From NCBI RefSeq assembly GCF_963921235.1, contig NC_086100.1:166408001-166472000 (forward strand): a DNA stretch of 64,000 bases, written 5' to 3'. Positions 1 to 13,250 of the stretch are shown in pieces (within the stretch, counting starts at the first letter, position 1; the number at the start of each line of letters is the position of its first letter). The notes under the pieces were generated by a model. It was not told where the DNA came from, ran no database searches, and was given only the letters and a program-made list of their open reading frames with translations. Made by a program: the position numbers and the translations under genes. The DNA comes from Mobula hypostoma. Lineage: Eukaryota.

Positions 1-680
1 CATGTGTATGAGGGATGTAAGTAATAAAGTCAATTCAATTCAAGAAACACAAGGTGATAGGTGAAACCGGGAAGAGAGGGAAGGGGTGAAATAAAGAGCT
101 GGGAAGTTGATTAGTGAAAGAGATACAAGACTGGAGAAGGGGGAATATGATAGGAGGGGACAGAAGGCCATGGAAGAAAGAAAAGGGGAAGGAGCACCAG
201 CGGGAGGTGATAGCCAGATAAGGAGATAAGGTAAAAGAGGGAAAAGGAGATGGGGAATTGTGAAGTGAGGGGAGCATTACTGGAAGTTTGAGAAACCAAT
301 GTTCATGCCATCAGGTTGGAGGCTACTTAGCAGAATGTAAGGTGTTGCTCCTCCAACCCGACTGTGGCCTCATCGCGACAGTAGAGGAGGCCATAGACTG
401 GCATGTCAGAATGGGAATGGGAAGTAGAAATAAAATGGGTGGCCACTGGGATATCCTGCTTTTTTTGGTGGTTGGAGCATAGGTACTCAGTGAAGTGGTC
501 TCCCAATCCGCGGAGGGTCTCAGCGATGTACAGGATACCGCACTGGGAGCATTGGATACAATAGATCAGTGGGGAGAGATGAATGGACAAGGGAGTCTCA
601 TAGGGAGCAATCCCTACGGAAAGCAGAAAGTGGGGTGAGGGAAAGTTGTGTTTGGTGGTGAGATCCCAGTGAAGATGGCA
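1..680 (-). mobile_element. Penelope-like element fragment (GIY-YIG endonuclease remnant plus pyrimidine-rich 3' region)
   Basis: ORF 327..590 reads IYCIQCSQCGILYIAETLRGLGDHFTEY...PVATHF, a GIY-YIG pattern. Homologous to 62116-63160. Confidence 0.8.
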
Positions 681-2649
681 TATAAATAAACTTTATATTT
701 TTTTAAACAAGAAAGAACACAATTAAAAATTGATCTGAAGGAATTATTAATAACTGATATAAATTTTTAGGATTGGATAATTGGGTGAATAGTAATTACC
801 ACATGACATTTTACAAAAGACTTACTCCATGTAAAAAGACGGTCACAAAAGCAACTTTGGGATTCCTAAGTTATGCATACACAAGCATCACAAAGTTTCG
901 CAGTCTAATTACAGAGAACATGAGCAGTTTCACATTTATCTCTTGCATAATCCTAAAGAATGATACCACAGCTTACAGCTACATTGAGCCTTTAACTCAG
1001 TAAAGTGTTCAATGGCACTTCGTAGAAGTATTTATTTTAACAAATTATGATACCAAACTACACAAGGATACATTAATATATACAGCCAAAAGCTTGGATT
1101 ACCCAAAGATGAATATTTTAAGGAATTAAATGTATGTAGATTAAGAAGCAACAAGTAGGGACTCAACACTGTTCTACGTGGTCTAATGCAAGTTCAAGGA
1201 ACAATACCTCATCTTTCTACTAGGCGCGTTGCAGTCTTTCAGACTCAATACTGAATTCAACAATTTCTGATAACTTGTTTTTTCTGTTTGAAAGGGAGCT
1301 GACTAGATCTGTTGTAGGCCATCCACATGCAACATTGGGTCAACTATTCTCTCTTCACTGCTAAGGCCGGACGAGTGGGCCATTCCGAGAGCTCTGCATT
1401 TAATAGCTTTCACACTTATTTTGCTCTCACACTACCTGCTCTTTCAACTTGTCAATGAGATGGCTTCATCGGCATCTTTTCACCAGAGCAACTCTGGCCC
1501 CATCTTATGAAGTATTCTTGTCCTCTCCATCCTTCCCACCCTCTCTGCATCTTAAAACCAGCTTGTTTTCGTCTTTCCCAGTTCTGACAAAGGATCATCA
1601 AACTGAAATGGCAAATCTTTTTTTCTTTCTGCTGATGCTGCCCGACTTGTTGGGCATTGTATTCTGGTATGACAATTCGAATATGCAGGAACACAAGAAG
1701 CTGCAAAGAGTTGAGGACTCTGCACAAAAAAGAAACATTCATCATCAAAAGATCCCTACCGTCCAGGCCATGCCATTGACTCACAGCTGCCATCAGAAGG
1801 GAGGTACAAAAGCCTGAAATTTCACAGCACCAGGGTCAAGAACAGCTGTTTCCCTTCAATCAGCCAGTACTTGAACTAACCAGCACAATGCTAATCACTA
1901 GAGTTTAGCAATACCAAGACCATTTCAATCACTATGCACTGAAATGAACTTCGTTTCTATTCTATTTGTGTAAATTAAGTATAAATTATATACAATTTTT
2001 ACATTTTTCTTGTAAATTATGCTTAGTAAGTTTATCATTGCACTTGTGCATATGTCAATCAACTCCAGAAACTTATCTTCTAATGTTCAACATTTTGAGT
2101 TTTTGCTTCAGGATTCCTGTAACAACACTTTTGTTTGATTTTACTACACTTGGTGGAGCCCCAACAGAACACCTGAGGATGGGCAAGAGATAGTAATTAA
2201 GAGAGGGCTTCCTCCACTTGTACACCACTGTGCCTAATCTTCTCCGGTGAACTGTGCTGGTGGGACAAAACATGCAAGGGGCTGCGGAGGAGGAAACTAC
2301 TCATCATTATCTGCAAAGCTAAGAGGCAGCAACAATATCACCAGGTCAACTGCAACAAACAATCTGCAGGAGAAACTCAACAGGTAGAGCAGCAACAGTG
2401 GTGGGAGAAGAAATCATCAACATTCCTGGTGAAAAACCCTGCATCAGGACCCAAAACATCAACAAGTCCTTGCCTCGTCCCCCCACAGATGCTGCACTTC
2501 CTGCCGAGTTCCTCCAGCAGGTAAATTTTGCTTTAGATTTCAATAACTGCAGTTTCTTGTGTCTCCTCTGACTAATCTAGCTGGTGTTCAACTGGTCCAA
2601 GGGGATCTCTCACAATTTATACACCAGTCCCAATACTTTTGAGAAGGAA

Positions 2650-2715
2650 CTTGCAATGTTAAGGATCAAGACTGACTGCGCATGCGCAGTCGGTCTTGAT
2701 CCTTAACCTTGCAAG
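2650..2715. repeat. 66-bp near-perfect palindrome centred on TGCGCATGCGCA
   Basis: 33-bp arms CTTGCAATGTTAAGGATCAAGACTGACTGCGCA / TGCGCAGTCGGTCTTGATCCTTAACCTTGCAAG with 2 differences and no spacer. Confidence 0.95.
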
Positions 2716-3649
2716 AGAGCACAGTCGATAGTGCATTCATGGGCTTTCAAAATGGATTTGACTAAGTATCACGTCTAAAAACTCAGCATCGCTGAAAACA
2801 ATTAAAAAAACTAGAAAAAAAATCACACTAAAGGCTTTCAAAGCAGTAATTATGAAATACTGCAGATAGTTTGTGCTTCTTTATTCTCATGCTAGTGTTT
2901 TACAGTATCTGCTAATACCCTGCTTATTCACTATACCCAGTTTTCACAGTTGGAAACAGGCCGAAAGCAAAATGGTTGGATGGAAGCTTCTTCAGCAAGT
3001 CCCCCCTATACTGAAATGCTTATTCACCCTTTCTCTGAAACAAGACAGTCTCTAAAGAAAAGCAGGCCAAATGCTGAGACTCATAAATCAACTTGTATCC
3101 AGTCAGCTTGCCAAAGGCTAATATAATTATGTCTCGTCCAGTTCTTGCTCGGGTAAGACAGAATTGGATGGGTTGAGAATTTTTATTATGAACAGTTATC
3201 TCCAATGGTAGCTGCCAAACCTGTCATCTTTCCATCCATCAGGGAGTACTTGATGAGCAATCAATCCCTGGAATTCCCAACATGAAGCAAGGCAATTATT
3301 TAATTTTAAGACATCTGTCTCTCTCGTAGTTTATGAATGCCCTGATGCAGCAATATAATGTAGAAGACCAGCGGAGCGGGGATCTGTGGGTTGGGTGAGC
3401 TATACTTTATTCACCCACTGCTATAATTTCAATCTTATTATTAAATGGGCAATGGGCCCACCAATAATTTGGATCTTAGGGTAGGTGACAAACTTTAGAA
3501 TTTACTTAGAATTTACTCTGACCCCTCTCCATCCCTCTCCTCTTTAAGGTGCTCCTCAAATCCCCTCTCAACAGCCATGAGTTTCCTCTCCTGCCAAAAT
3601 AGCTCATGTTCCATGGTGTTAAAATTTGTCTGATTTGCTTGCAGTAATG

Positions 3650-4005
3650 CCTCCACCCCCATCCCCTTCTCCCTCTCTCACCTTATCTCCTTGCCTGCAC
3701 ATCACCTCCCTCTGGTGCTCCTCCCCCTTTTCTTTCCTCCATGCTCTTCTGTCCTCTATCAGATTCCGCCCCCCCGAGATCTGTAACTCTTACACCAATC
3801 AACTTCCCAGCTTTTTGCTGTATCCCTCCCCCTTCCAGTTTCACCTCTTACCAGGTGTTTCTCTCTCCCCTCCCTCATCTTTTAAATCTACTCATCTTTT
3901 TTTCTTCAGTCCTGCCAAAGAGTCTCAGCCCCAAACATCGACTGTACTTTTTTCCCACAGATGCTGCCTAGCCTGCTGAGTTCTTCCAGCATTGAGTATG
4001 TGCTG
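3650..4005 (+). mobile_element. Penelope 3' terminal fragment with decayed hammerhead motif (3907-3944)
   Basis: CT-rich tract followed by cagtcctgccaaagagtctcagccccaaacatcgactg and the family tail agatgctgcc...ctgctgagttc. Confidence 0.7.
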
Positions 4006-4784
4006 AGTTCAAGGTTGCTGCTGTGGCACCACTCAGCCTTAATAATTCATCACAACTGGCAACTTTCCTGTCAGCCCGATATTCAAATTGTCAACTAATT
4101 TCCTTCCTTATTTAACTTAGTGATGATTAAATCCTTTCCTGGAGAAAATGAGGTCTCTGTGTATATGGAATCTGTTTAGACAAACACACTGTTGTGTCTC
4201 TCTACAACTTACATTTACAACTTACATATTAGCAATTCATGCGAATGACTACTTGGGAGACTGGTAGGTTGGATTTGCCAGCTACTGCGGGGTTTCCACT
4301 GTGAGAACTGGGTCCATAACAATATCTGAGTATATATGGCTGAGTTAAACACCCTGGACTCAGTATACGTACTTTGCCCTTTACTAGCCCACAGTTTTCG
4401 TTAAATCCAGGAGCAGCCCTCTTCTCATTACTGCTATAGGGCGCAGGTACAGGAGCCTGAAGGCGCACACTCAAAGTTTTAGGAACAGCTTCTTCCCCTT
4501 CACCATCAGATTTCTGAACGGTCCGTTTGTTCTCATTTTTCAATATTTATTTACGTCTATATTTCTTATTGTAATTTATAGTATATTTTGTTTGCACTCT
4601 ACTGCTGCTGCAAACAAATTGGATGATATACGTCAGTGATAACAAACTTGATTCTGATAAATATATTAATGGGTGGCTGCATTCCTGATTTATAAACTAT
4701 TTTTATTCAAAAATAAACTTTAATCATAATAAAAATATATACAAAATAAGAAATGATGTAAAACGTTTACATTCACAGGCAATA

Positions 4785-5820
4785 CTTAAGTCTGTGTTGG
4801 GAAAGCTGTTGGAAAAGATTCTGAGAGATCAGATCTACGGAGATTTAGAGAATCATGGTCTGATCAGGGACAGTCAGCATGGCTTTGTGAAGGGCAGATC
4901 GTGTCTAACAAGCCTGATAGAGTTCTTTGAGGAGGTGTCCAGGCATATAGATGAGGGTAGTGCAGTGGATGTGATCTATATGGATTTTAGTAAGGCATTT
5001 GACAAGGTTCCACACGGTAGGCTTATTCAGAAAGTCAGAAGGCATGGGATCCAGGGAAAATTGGCCAGGTGGATTCAGAATTGGCCTGCCTGCAGAAAGC
5101 AGAGAGCCGTGGTAGAGGGAGTACATTCGGATTGGAGGGTTGTGACTGGGGGTACATGTCCACAGATCCCTGAAAGTTGTCTCACAGATAGATAGGGTAG
5201 TTAAGAAAGCTTATGGGCTGTTAGCTTTCATAAGTCGAGGGATAGAGTTTAAGAGTCACGAGGTAATGATGCAGCTCTATAAAACTCTGGCTAGGCCACA
5301 CTTGGAGTACTGTGTCCAGTTCTGGTTGCCTCACTATAGGAAGGATGTGGAAGCTTTGGAAAGGGTACAGAGGAGATTTACCAGGATGCTGCCTGGTTTA
5401 GAGAGTATGCATTATGATCAGAGATTAAGGGAGCTAGGGCTTTACTCTTTAGAGAGGAGGAGGGTGAGAGGAGACATGATAGAGGTGTACAAGATATTAA
5501 GAGGAATAGATAGAGTGGATAGCCAGCGCCTCTTCCCCAGGGCACCACTGCTCATACAAGAGGACATGGCTTTAAGGTAAGGGGTGAGAAGTTCAAGGGG
5601 GATATTAGAGGAAGGTTTTTTACTCAGAGTGGTTGGTGTGTGGAATGCACTGCCTGGGTCAGTGGTGCAGGCAGATACACTCGTGAAGTTTAAGAGACTA
5701 CTAGACAGGCATATGGAGGAATTTAAGGTGGGGGGGGTATACGGGAGGCAGAGTTTAAGGGTCGGCACAACATTGTGGGCCGAAAGGCCTGTAGTGTGCT
5801 GTACTGTTCTAAGTTCTATG
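4785..5820 (+). mobile_element. CR1 LINE, 5'-truncated and internally deleted ORF2 RT plus 3' UTR
   Basis: [64 protein letters not shown]. Confidence 0.93.
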
Positions 5821-5824
5821 CACT

Positions 5825-6300
5825 ACATGAAGTGGTGTTAACTCATTTCTTTAAACCATAGCAAAATTGCCACTTCTATGGCCACCCAGGGTGATGGACA
5901 ACTTCAATGTTTAACAGGCTTCAGCTCTTCATGTGCAGTAGAAGAAGGAGCCCAGACTGCAATCCTTCCCCAAAAAGCCTCTGCAATGGCTGTACGCTGT
6001 TTCAGTACATCTCGCAGCATGTGTTTCTGCAGTCTGTAGTGTGTCAATAGTCAGCATTCCCCGATGGACATCTCCCTGTGCTGGAAGGTGGGCAGACCGA
6101 AGGACATCCTTCACTAAGATGACCATCTTCCAACATCACTTGTTGTTTATCTCAGTGTGTCTCTGGGAGCAAGCCCATTGATCAGAGTGTTTTACAGCTG
6201 CTGTGGATGAACAAAGACAAGGACTCTTGCATCCTTCCGCACACGCTCTTATCAAGTTCATCGTATGCAAAGAAGTGGGTGGCCACTGCTTTCCCACCAC
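5825..6300 (-). mobile_element. Decayed Tx1/L1-type LINE 3' end
   Basis: Fragmentary minus-strand translation (WKMVILVKDVLRSA...RLQKHMLRDVLK...AEAFWG) resembles the Tx1-clade ORF2 C-terminus. Confidence 0.45.
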
Positions 6301-7149
6301 AGCTATCCGAGGGGGACTTACAAAATTCCTAGGAATTAATTACATTTGTACCAACTGACCAAGTACTCCTCCTCACTGTTGAACTTCAGTGATACACATT
6401 ACCTCAAAACAAACAACTATGTAGTTCCTGTCGCTATTACAAACTAATTACCTTTAATGAGTTGTAGAATTGGATAGACAGTAAACGTCGCATCAGTAAA
6501 TGTTTGCGGACAAGGCAGTGTACTGTATTTTCCCCGAAAGTGTTCCAATTCCATCTGTAATGGAAAATTGTTTTAAAAAACTTTATTCCTACATTGTCTA
6601 CAGCTGCTCAAGGCACGCTCTGTTAGATGGACAATCTTCCTTTCTTCAGAAAGTAACTTGAAACTCTCTACAAATCTCACCGGTGAAGGCTGCAAACACA
6701 GATCTGCAGGCTTCCATTCCGTCCTGCACTGCACGTAAAAGGCACACTTGATTAATCTCACACACAATATAGCACTGTAGACATTGAGACACCTCAAGTG
6801 GTCTTCAGGCTCTCAGTAAAGCACCGACTCTCTCATCCCTGATGATTAGCATTTTGTCAGCTCGAGTTTACAACAAGCTCAAAGAGTGTCCAACTTGTAC
6901 ATCCTCAAGGGACAACTTTGAACTTAGAAAATATGAATTCCTCTCTGGACCAAAGCCAAAACGACAATAAAAAAGGAAGGATTCTTGCTTCTTCAAGCTT
7001 CCTTCATTGGCAACAATCCCAAAAATGATCCTCTGTATTATCTGGTTAACACAAAGCTAGAGACTCAAAACTTCCATCAGCTCCCTCTTTCCATTTAACA
7101 TTCATGAGATGAATAAGAAACCGTTACTCTGTGTGGAATTGTAAGAAAT

Positions 7150-7540
7150 CCTCTGACCTTCCCCCTTTTCCATTCCTTATTCTGGTTACCCCCTCACCCC
7201 TTCTCTTCTTACCTGCCCATCATCTCCCTCTGGTTCCTCACTTCCTCCCTTCCTTCTTGGTTCCCGTTCCCTCATATTAGATTCCTTCTTCAGCCCTCTA
7301 CCTCTTTCAACGATCGCCTTCCAGCTTCTTACTTTATCCCCAATTCACCCTCCTTCCCGTTCACCTGGTCTCACCAATCATCTGCCAACTTACACTCCTT
7401 CCCCCGACTTCTCTGTTCTGGATTTTGCAAACTTCTTATCCAGTCCTGAAGGGCCTTGGCCAAAAATATCGACTGTTTATTCCCCTCCACAGATGCTGCC
7501 CAAACTGTTGAGTTCCTCCAGTATTTTGTGTGTGTTGCAC
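7150..7540 (+). mobile_element. Penelope 3' terminal fragment with decayed hammerhead motif (7441-7475)
   Basis: Same CT-rich tract and terminal motif as 3650-4005 and 62750-63160. Confidence 0.7.
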
Positions 7541-8282
7541 AGAAACAGATCATTTGGCTCAACAAGCCTCCTCCTACCACAAACCTCGAATCATTTTCCC
7601 CCTCATACAATTAATGGAAAAAAGATAACGTGTGTGTTCTTTTGAGCAGTCATTCGGACCTGACTGTGTGTGTGAAGACCTTCTCAAAGCCAGGAGTTTT
7701 GGCTTCCCAAGTGTGTCTGCTAGCTCACCAGTATTCAAAGTTAAAAGTAAATTTATTATCAAAGTGCATATATTTCATCATAAACTACCCTGAGATTCAT
7801 TTTCCTGCAAAGGAATACAAAGAAACACAACAGCATCAATGAAAACTATACACAAAGATCAACAAACAACCAAATGCAAAAGACAAACTGAGCAAATACA
7901 AAAAAAAATCAAACAATAATAATATTGAGAAAATAAGTAATAAATAATACTGAGAACATGAGTTGTAGAGTCTTTGACCATGAGAGTTCCAGTATTGGTC
8001 CCATCACACCAGGCAGCCAGCAAGTTAGCACCAACACACTGATATCCGTCTCTTGGGCCACCTCAAAGTGCCTCACTGACCATCAGAAGTGCTCTCAGGT
8101 ACGGTCACTTTTGTGTCCAACAGTCCCTCAGGATCAAGAATGAATAGGCCAGGTCTCCCTTTGCAAGGAAAGATATGATTGCAACAGAGTGAGTGTAGAA
8201 GAGGTCAGATCACAATACCAGGCCCTGGGTATTAATTCTCTTCATCAAAGGCTAGTGGAGTCTTTGAATATTTTCTATATAA

Positions 8283-9154
8283 TGTGAGAAGAATACACAT
8301 AGATTAGGATGTTAGCTGTCCTGTGCTGGCACCAGTGGAATCAGCAGTTGGTCTGCCACCTGTCTTCAGGAGAGAGAGAGATAAGGAAAACAATGGAGCA
8401 GCATTTGGAGATGTTAATGAAGGAACGGGAGAGAGTAACGGAAGGAGAGCTGCCAAGGTCGGCTCCCCCTTTGAACCCTGAACTGTTTGAAGTCATGGAC
8501 AGGCGATACCCCAGCAGAGGGATAAAAAGGGACAGGTTCGCTAAGGCAGGACACATACGACACCCCGAGGTAACGAGACCCTGGAAGCGGTGCGTCTCTC
8601 ACAAGTCGGTGGGAAGTTTTTGGACGGCTAGTCACGGGACCAAGCCATAGACGCACAGGGTGGAAAGGCACGATCAGCGGGAACCTGGTGTGTGTCCACC
8701 CTTGCCTGGGTGCCGGGTTCACCGCAGAGAAACGATCGTATCTGGAAACGGAGGGGTCACGGTCAGTGACCTCAGATGACATCACAAAGGGCTTGCACGG
8801 AAGCTGACTGCGAAGGTCTGTGTGTGGAAGCCGTTTGAATATTCATTCGTTTTGCTCTCTCTCTCCTTCCCCCCACTGTCTGCGAACTGAACTGAACTAA
8901 ATTGAACTGAACTTTGCGTCACTTTGAAACTGGTCATTTACCCCTAGTCAACGAGAGAGCTTGATTGATCCTGTTATCTTAATTCTGTGTACATGTTTGT
9001 TTATCATTGCTGAACTGTTGCATTTATTATCCTTCTGATTAGAGTAATGTGTTGCTTGTTTCTTTAATAAAACTCTCTTAGTTCTAGTAATCCAGACTTC
9101 AACTGAGTGATCCATTTCTGCTGGTTTGGCAACCCAGTTACAGGGTACATAACA
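8283..9154 (+). repeat. 5' LTR (872 bp)
   Basis: Direct repeat of 12351-13220, TG...CA ends, AATAAA at 9066. Confidence 0.95.
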
Positions 9155-9253
9155 TAAGTGGGGTTCTCGTCCATGATTTTGAACGCTAAATTTGGGGCGG
9201 AGTAAATTGATTGGGTCAAAATTCCCGAAAGGAAGAAAAGACAAACAGCAGAA

Positions 9254-12230
9254 ATGGAGGCTGAGGAATTTATAAAGGCGCCAACCTTGGAGGCATTAGA
9301 GGATGCCAGGAAATCGGAACTGGTAGCTGTGGCCAAACGGTTGAATCTTGCTAAGGGGAAGTCGACAATGAGGAGAGAGGAGATACACAGAGCTATCGTA
9401 GAGCACTATGTATCTAAAGGTGTGTTTCCCCAAGGCGAGCTGGAGGTGGTGTCTATTGAAAAACCTGCTGGAGACGCGGTACAGGTGCAGCTTGAAAAAC
9501 TGAGACTCGAGCACGAGTTCCGGGTACGGCAGTTAGAACACGAAGAGAAAGAGAGGGACAGACAGTTGGAGCGAGAAGAGAAGGAGAGAGAGTTAGAAAG
9601 GCGGGAGAAAGAGAAAGAGTTAGAAAGGCAGGAGAGAGAGAGAGACAGTTGGAGCGAGAGAAGAAACAGAGGGAAAGGGAATTCAAGCTGGAGAAGTTAA
9701 GGATAAGGGCAGAGCAGGGGCCCGTGCCGAACCAAGGTGGAGGGTTCCGGGTGACCCAGGAGGTTAGGCTGGTTCCCCCATTTGACGATACCGACATAGA
9801 TCGGTACTTTCTCCATTTCGAAAAAGTTGCTACAAGTCAGGACTGGCCGAGGGATAAGTGGGCTGTTTTGCTTCAGAGTGTACTGAAAGGGAAAGCCCAA
9901 CAAGCTTACTCAGCTTTGTCCACGGAAGATGCCCAGAAGTATGAGGTGGTGAAAGAGGCCATCCTCAGGATTTATGAGTTGGTCCCGGAGGCATACCGGC
10001 AGAGGTTCCAGAATGCGAGGAAGCAGTGGGACTGCACGTATTTAGAGTTTGCCCGTGAGATGCGGACATATTGTGAGCGTTGGTGCACCTCGAAGGGGGT
10101 AGAGGGGGATTATGACAGACTGCTGCAGCTGATTCTGATTGAGCAGTTTAAAGGTTGTGTCCCTGAGGGTATGAGACCCTACCTGGATGAGAAAGAGGCA
10201 GCCACGTTAGCCGCAACTGCTAAGTTAGCGGATGAGTATGCGTTGACGCATAAAATGAAGTTTGCCTCGAGTAAAGGCTACCAGAAGGGTAGTCAGGACG
10301 GCGGGGAGAGTCCGCCAGAAAAGTCAGAAAGTAAGCCGGGGACTAGTGAGAAGGATAAGGTAGACCGGGAGCAGTCTGGTAGGAAGTCTCCTGGGGTCAT
10401 CTGTTATAATTGCGGGAAAGTTGGACACTTTGCATCCAGGTGCTTTGCCCCAAAGAAGGAGACGGGAAAAGGAAAAACGGCGATTTTGACTGGCTGTATC
10501 GAGCTGGTAAACAAACCGCTAGGACAGGACAGGTCTGCCAAAGTTCAGGAAGGGCGCAAGAAGTTTATCTTGGCCGGATTGGTGTCAGTGAAGGAGGGGT
10601 TAAAACCAGTTCCAGTGCGGATCTGGAGAGACACGGAGCGTGTCAGTCACTGATACTGAAGAGTGTATTAGAGTTTAGCTCAGAGACCCAAACTGGGGAG
10701 GTCAAGGTCAAAGGTATTGGGGAAGGGACAGAGGCAGTCCCTTTGCACCAGATACACTTACAAAGCAACCTGGTCTCTGGACTAGTCACGATCGGGGTGA
10801 GGCCCAAATTACCGATGAAAGGCGTGGAAGTCTTGCTCGGTAATGACCTCGCCGGGGGAATCGTGTTCCCAGCCGTGAGATTGACAGGTCTGCCTGCCAG
10901 CATTGAGGCCCCGCCCATGGACTCACAGGTTCATCACGGGACTGTGGTAGTAAATTTAGCTGAGATGTTTCTGCCAGCCTTGTACGAGAAGGGGGTAGAA
11001 AGTGAAAAGAAGGAGTGTGGTGAAACAAGAGGTAGTGAGGGAGCTGAGACAGACTTAGCATTAGCCAGGAAGGAATTTGCGCAGGCGCAGGAGCGAGACG
11101 AGGGGCTGATGGTTTTGGCAGAGACAGCTCCCTCTGACGCAGAATTAACAAGGGAACCAGTAGGCTATTGCGTGGAGGAGGAAGTGCTAAGGAAGAAAGG
11201 GAAACCAAGTACCGTACCCGCAGATGAGGAATGGGGGGTGGTGCAAAAGAGTTATGGGGATGAGATTTTTAACCTGGCCCACAAGGTACCCCCCGGTGGA
11301 CATTTTGCGGTGCTGGAGGAAACAGTTGGTGGAATCATGAAAGAGGTTTACCGGCTGCCCAGGAGGAAGGATGTTATTGATTATGGCCGACGCGAACTGA
11401 GACGGTCACAGGCTTTTGATATGCTAACAAACCTAGTCGGTGTTAGCGCGGAAATCAATGAAGCTAGGGTCCCCCTGATAAGAGAAAAAAACCATTTTGA
11501 AAAAATGAGTATGGTATCGACCAGATAGGAGAAGGCTATTGTTTTGGCCAGCTCTGCTGATAAAGTCTCTCCCTTAATCCCCGAACAAAGCGACTCTTTA
11601 GGAGAAGTAATTAAACAACTTGCACACGTGTGTTTGATTGTCCCGAGGCGATGCAAAGAACTGGGACGTTGGGTAGTGTTTGTTACACTAGGTCAGCCTA
11701 GCAAGCAACACTCCTATAGAATGAGTAATTCAGTGACGAAAGGGCTGACGAACACAGAGGTGTGTAGTGGCAATGTAATACGGCTGTCTGAAGCCAGCTT
11801 GATAGTGAACCTTGAAAAAAATGAGTTCGGCCACACGAAGGTCACTTACCTGAGAATTGTGGTGACACAGGGGCAGCTGGCAGCGATGCAGGCTAAAGTG
11901 CGGGCTAACTCTGACATCCCAACCCCGACAGACAAGAGGGCCCTCAGAAGGCTCTTGGAGATGGTGGGGTACTGCAGGAAGTTTTGCAGTAACTCTGCGG
12001 TTACTACCCCTCCCCCCCTACTAAGCCCTTGCTAGAGAAAACTAAGTCGGAATGGGACGACCCTTGTTATTGTGGTCCGGGACGAAACCCAATGAGAGGT
12101 TACGTAGATCGCAATTCATCAGTGTTTTTGGCCACTATGAAGTTTGCTAAATTGGAGCCTGGTCTAAGGGATTATTAATAACACATATAAAAGGAACAGA
12201 AAATGTGATGGTTGACTGTCTGTCAGGTGT
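9254..12230 (+). pseudogene. Disrupted gag-pol: coiled coil, SCAN-like capsid, CCHC knuckle, aspartic protease, then integrase, RT and RNase H remnants
   Basis: EAYRQRF...LILIEQF (SCAN-like); CYNCGKVGHFASRC; RDT(G)ACQSL...LLGNDL across a frameshift at ~10635; LAHKVPPGGHF; KQHSYRM; ALRRLLEMVGYCRKF; HIKGTENVMVDCLS. Frameshift at ~9645, stop at 11526. Confidence 0.88.
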
Positions 12231-12350
12231 TGACAACTTCAAGTTCGCTGTATTAGCCAAATAGCTGATAAAGATGTGTATTTGTGTGTATCAAATAATG
12301 TATTCATGTTTGTAATTTTTACCCCAGTAAAAATCCTTAAAGGGGGGAAG

Positions 12351-13220
12351 TGTGACAAGAATACACATAGATTAAGATGTTAGCTGTCCTGTGCTGGCAC
12401 CAGTGGGATCAGCAGTTGGTCTGCCACCTATCTTCAGGAGAGAGAGAGATAAGGAAAACAATGGAGCAGCATTTGGAGATGTTAATGAAGGGATGGGAGA
12501 GAGTAACGGAAGGAGAGCTGCCAAGATCGGCTCCCCCTTTGAACCCTGAACTGTTTGAAGTCATGGACAGGCGATACCCCAGCAGGGGGATAAAAAGGGA
12601 CAGGTTCGCTAAGGCAGGACACACACGACACCCCGAGGTAATGAGACCCTGGAAGCGGTGCGTCTCTCACAAGTCGGTGGGAAGTTTTTGGACGGCTAGT
12701 CGCGGGATCAAGCCATAGACGCACAGGGTGGAAAGGCACGATCGGCGGGAACTTGGTGTGTGTCCACCCTTGCCTGGATGCCAGGTTCACCGCAGAGAAA
12801 CGATCGTATCTGGAAACGGAGGAGTCACGGTCGGTGACCTCAGATGACATCACAAAGGACTCGCACGAAAGCTGACTGCGAAGGTCTGTGTGTGGAAGCC
12901 TTGAATATTCATTCGTTTTGCTCTCTCTCTCCTTCCCCCCACTGTCTGCGAACTGAACTGAACTAAATTGAACTGAACTTTGCGTCACTTTGAAATTGGT
13001 CATTTACCCCTAGACAACAATAGAGCTTGGTTAATCCTGTTATCTTAATTCTGTGTACATGTATGTCTATCATTGCTGAACTGTTGCATTTATTATCCTT
13101 TTGATTACAGTACTGTGTTGCTTGTTTCTTTAATAAAACTTTCTTAGTTCTAGTAATCCAGACTCCAACTGACTGATCCATTTCTGCTGGTTTGGCAACC
13201 CAGTTACGGGGTACGTAACA
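12351..13220 (+). repeat. 3' LTR (870 bp)
   Basis: Preceded by the polypurine tract and followed by TSD ATAA. Confidence 0.95.
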
Positions 13221-13250
13221 ATAAAAATAGGTGGATTCTTGAAAAACAAT

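Larger units (their letters stand above)
8283..13220 (+). mobile_element. Gypsy (Gmr1-like) LTR retrotransposon, two LTRs, internally deleted and non-autonomous
   Basis: LTRs 8283-9154 and 12351-13220 (TGT...ACA, roughly 95% identical by eye). 4-bp TSD ATAA (8279-8282 / 13221-13224). Degenerate tRNA-Pro-like PBS from 9159 (TGGGGTTCTCGTCC). PPT AAAGGGGGGAAG at 12339-12350. Confidence 0.95.

Noticed and set aside
8309-8650. 113-aa ORF repeated at 12377-12718
   Set aside because: Lies wholly within the LTRs, has no recognisable domain and is not preserved in the solo LTR; the duplication is explained by LTR identity.
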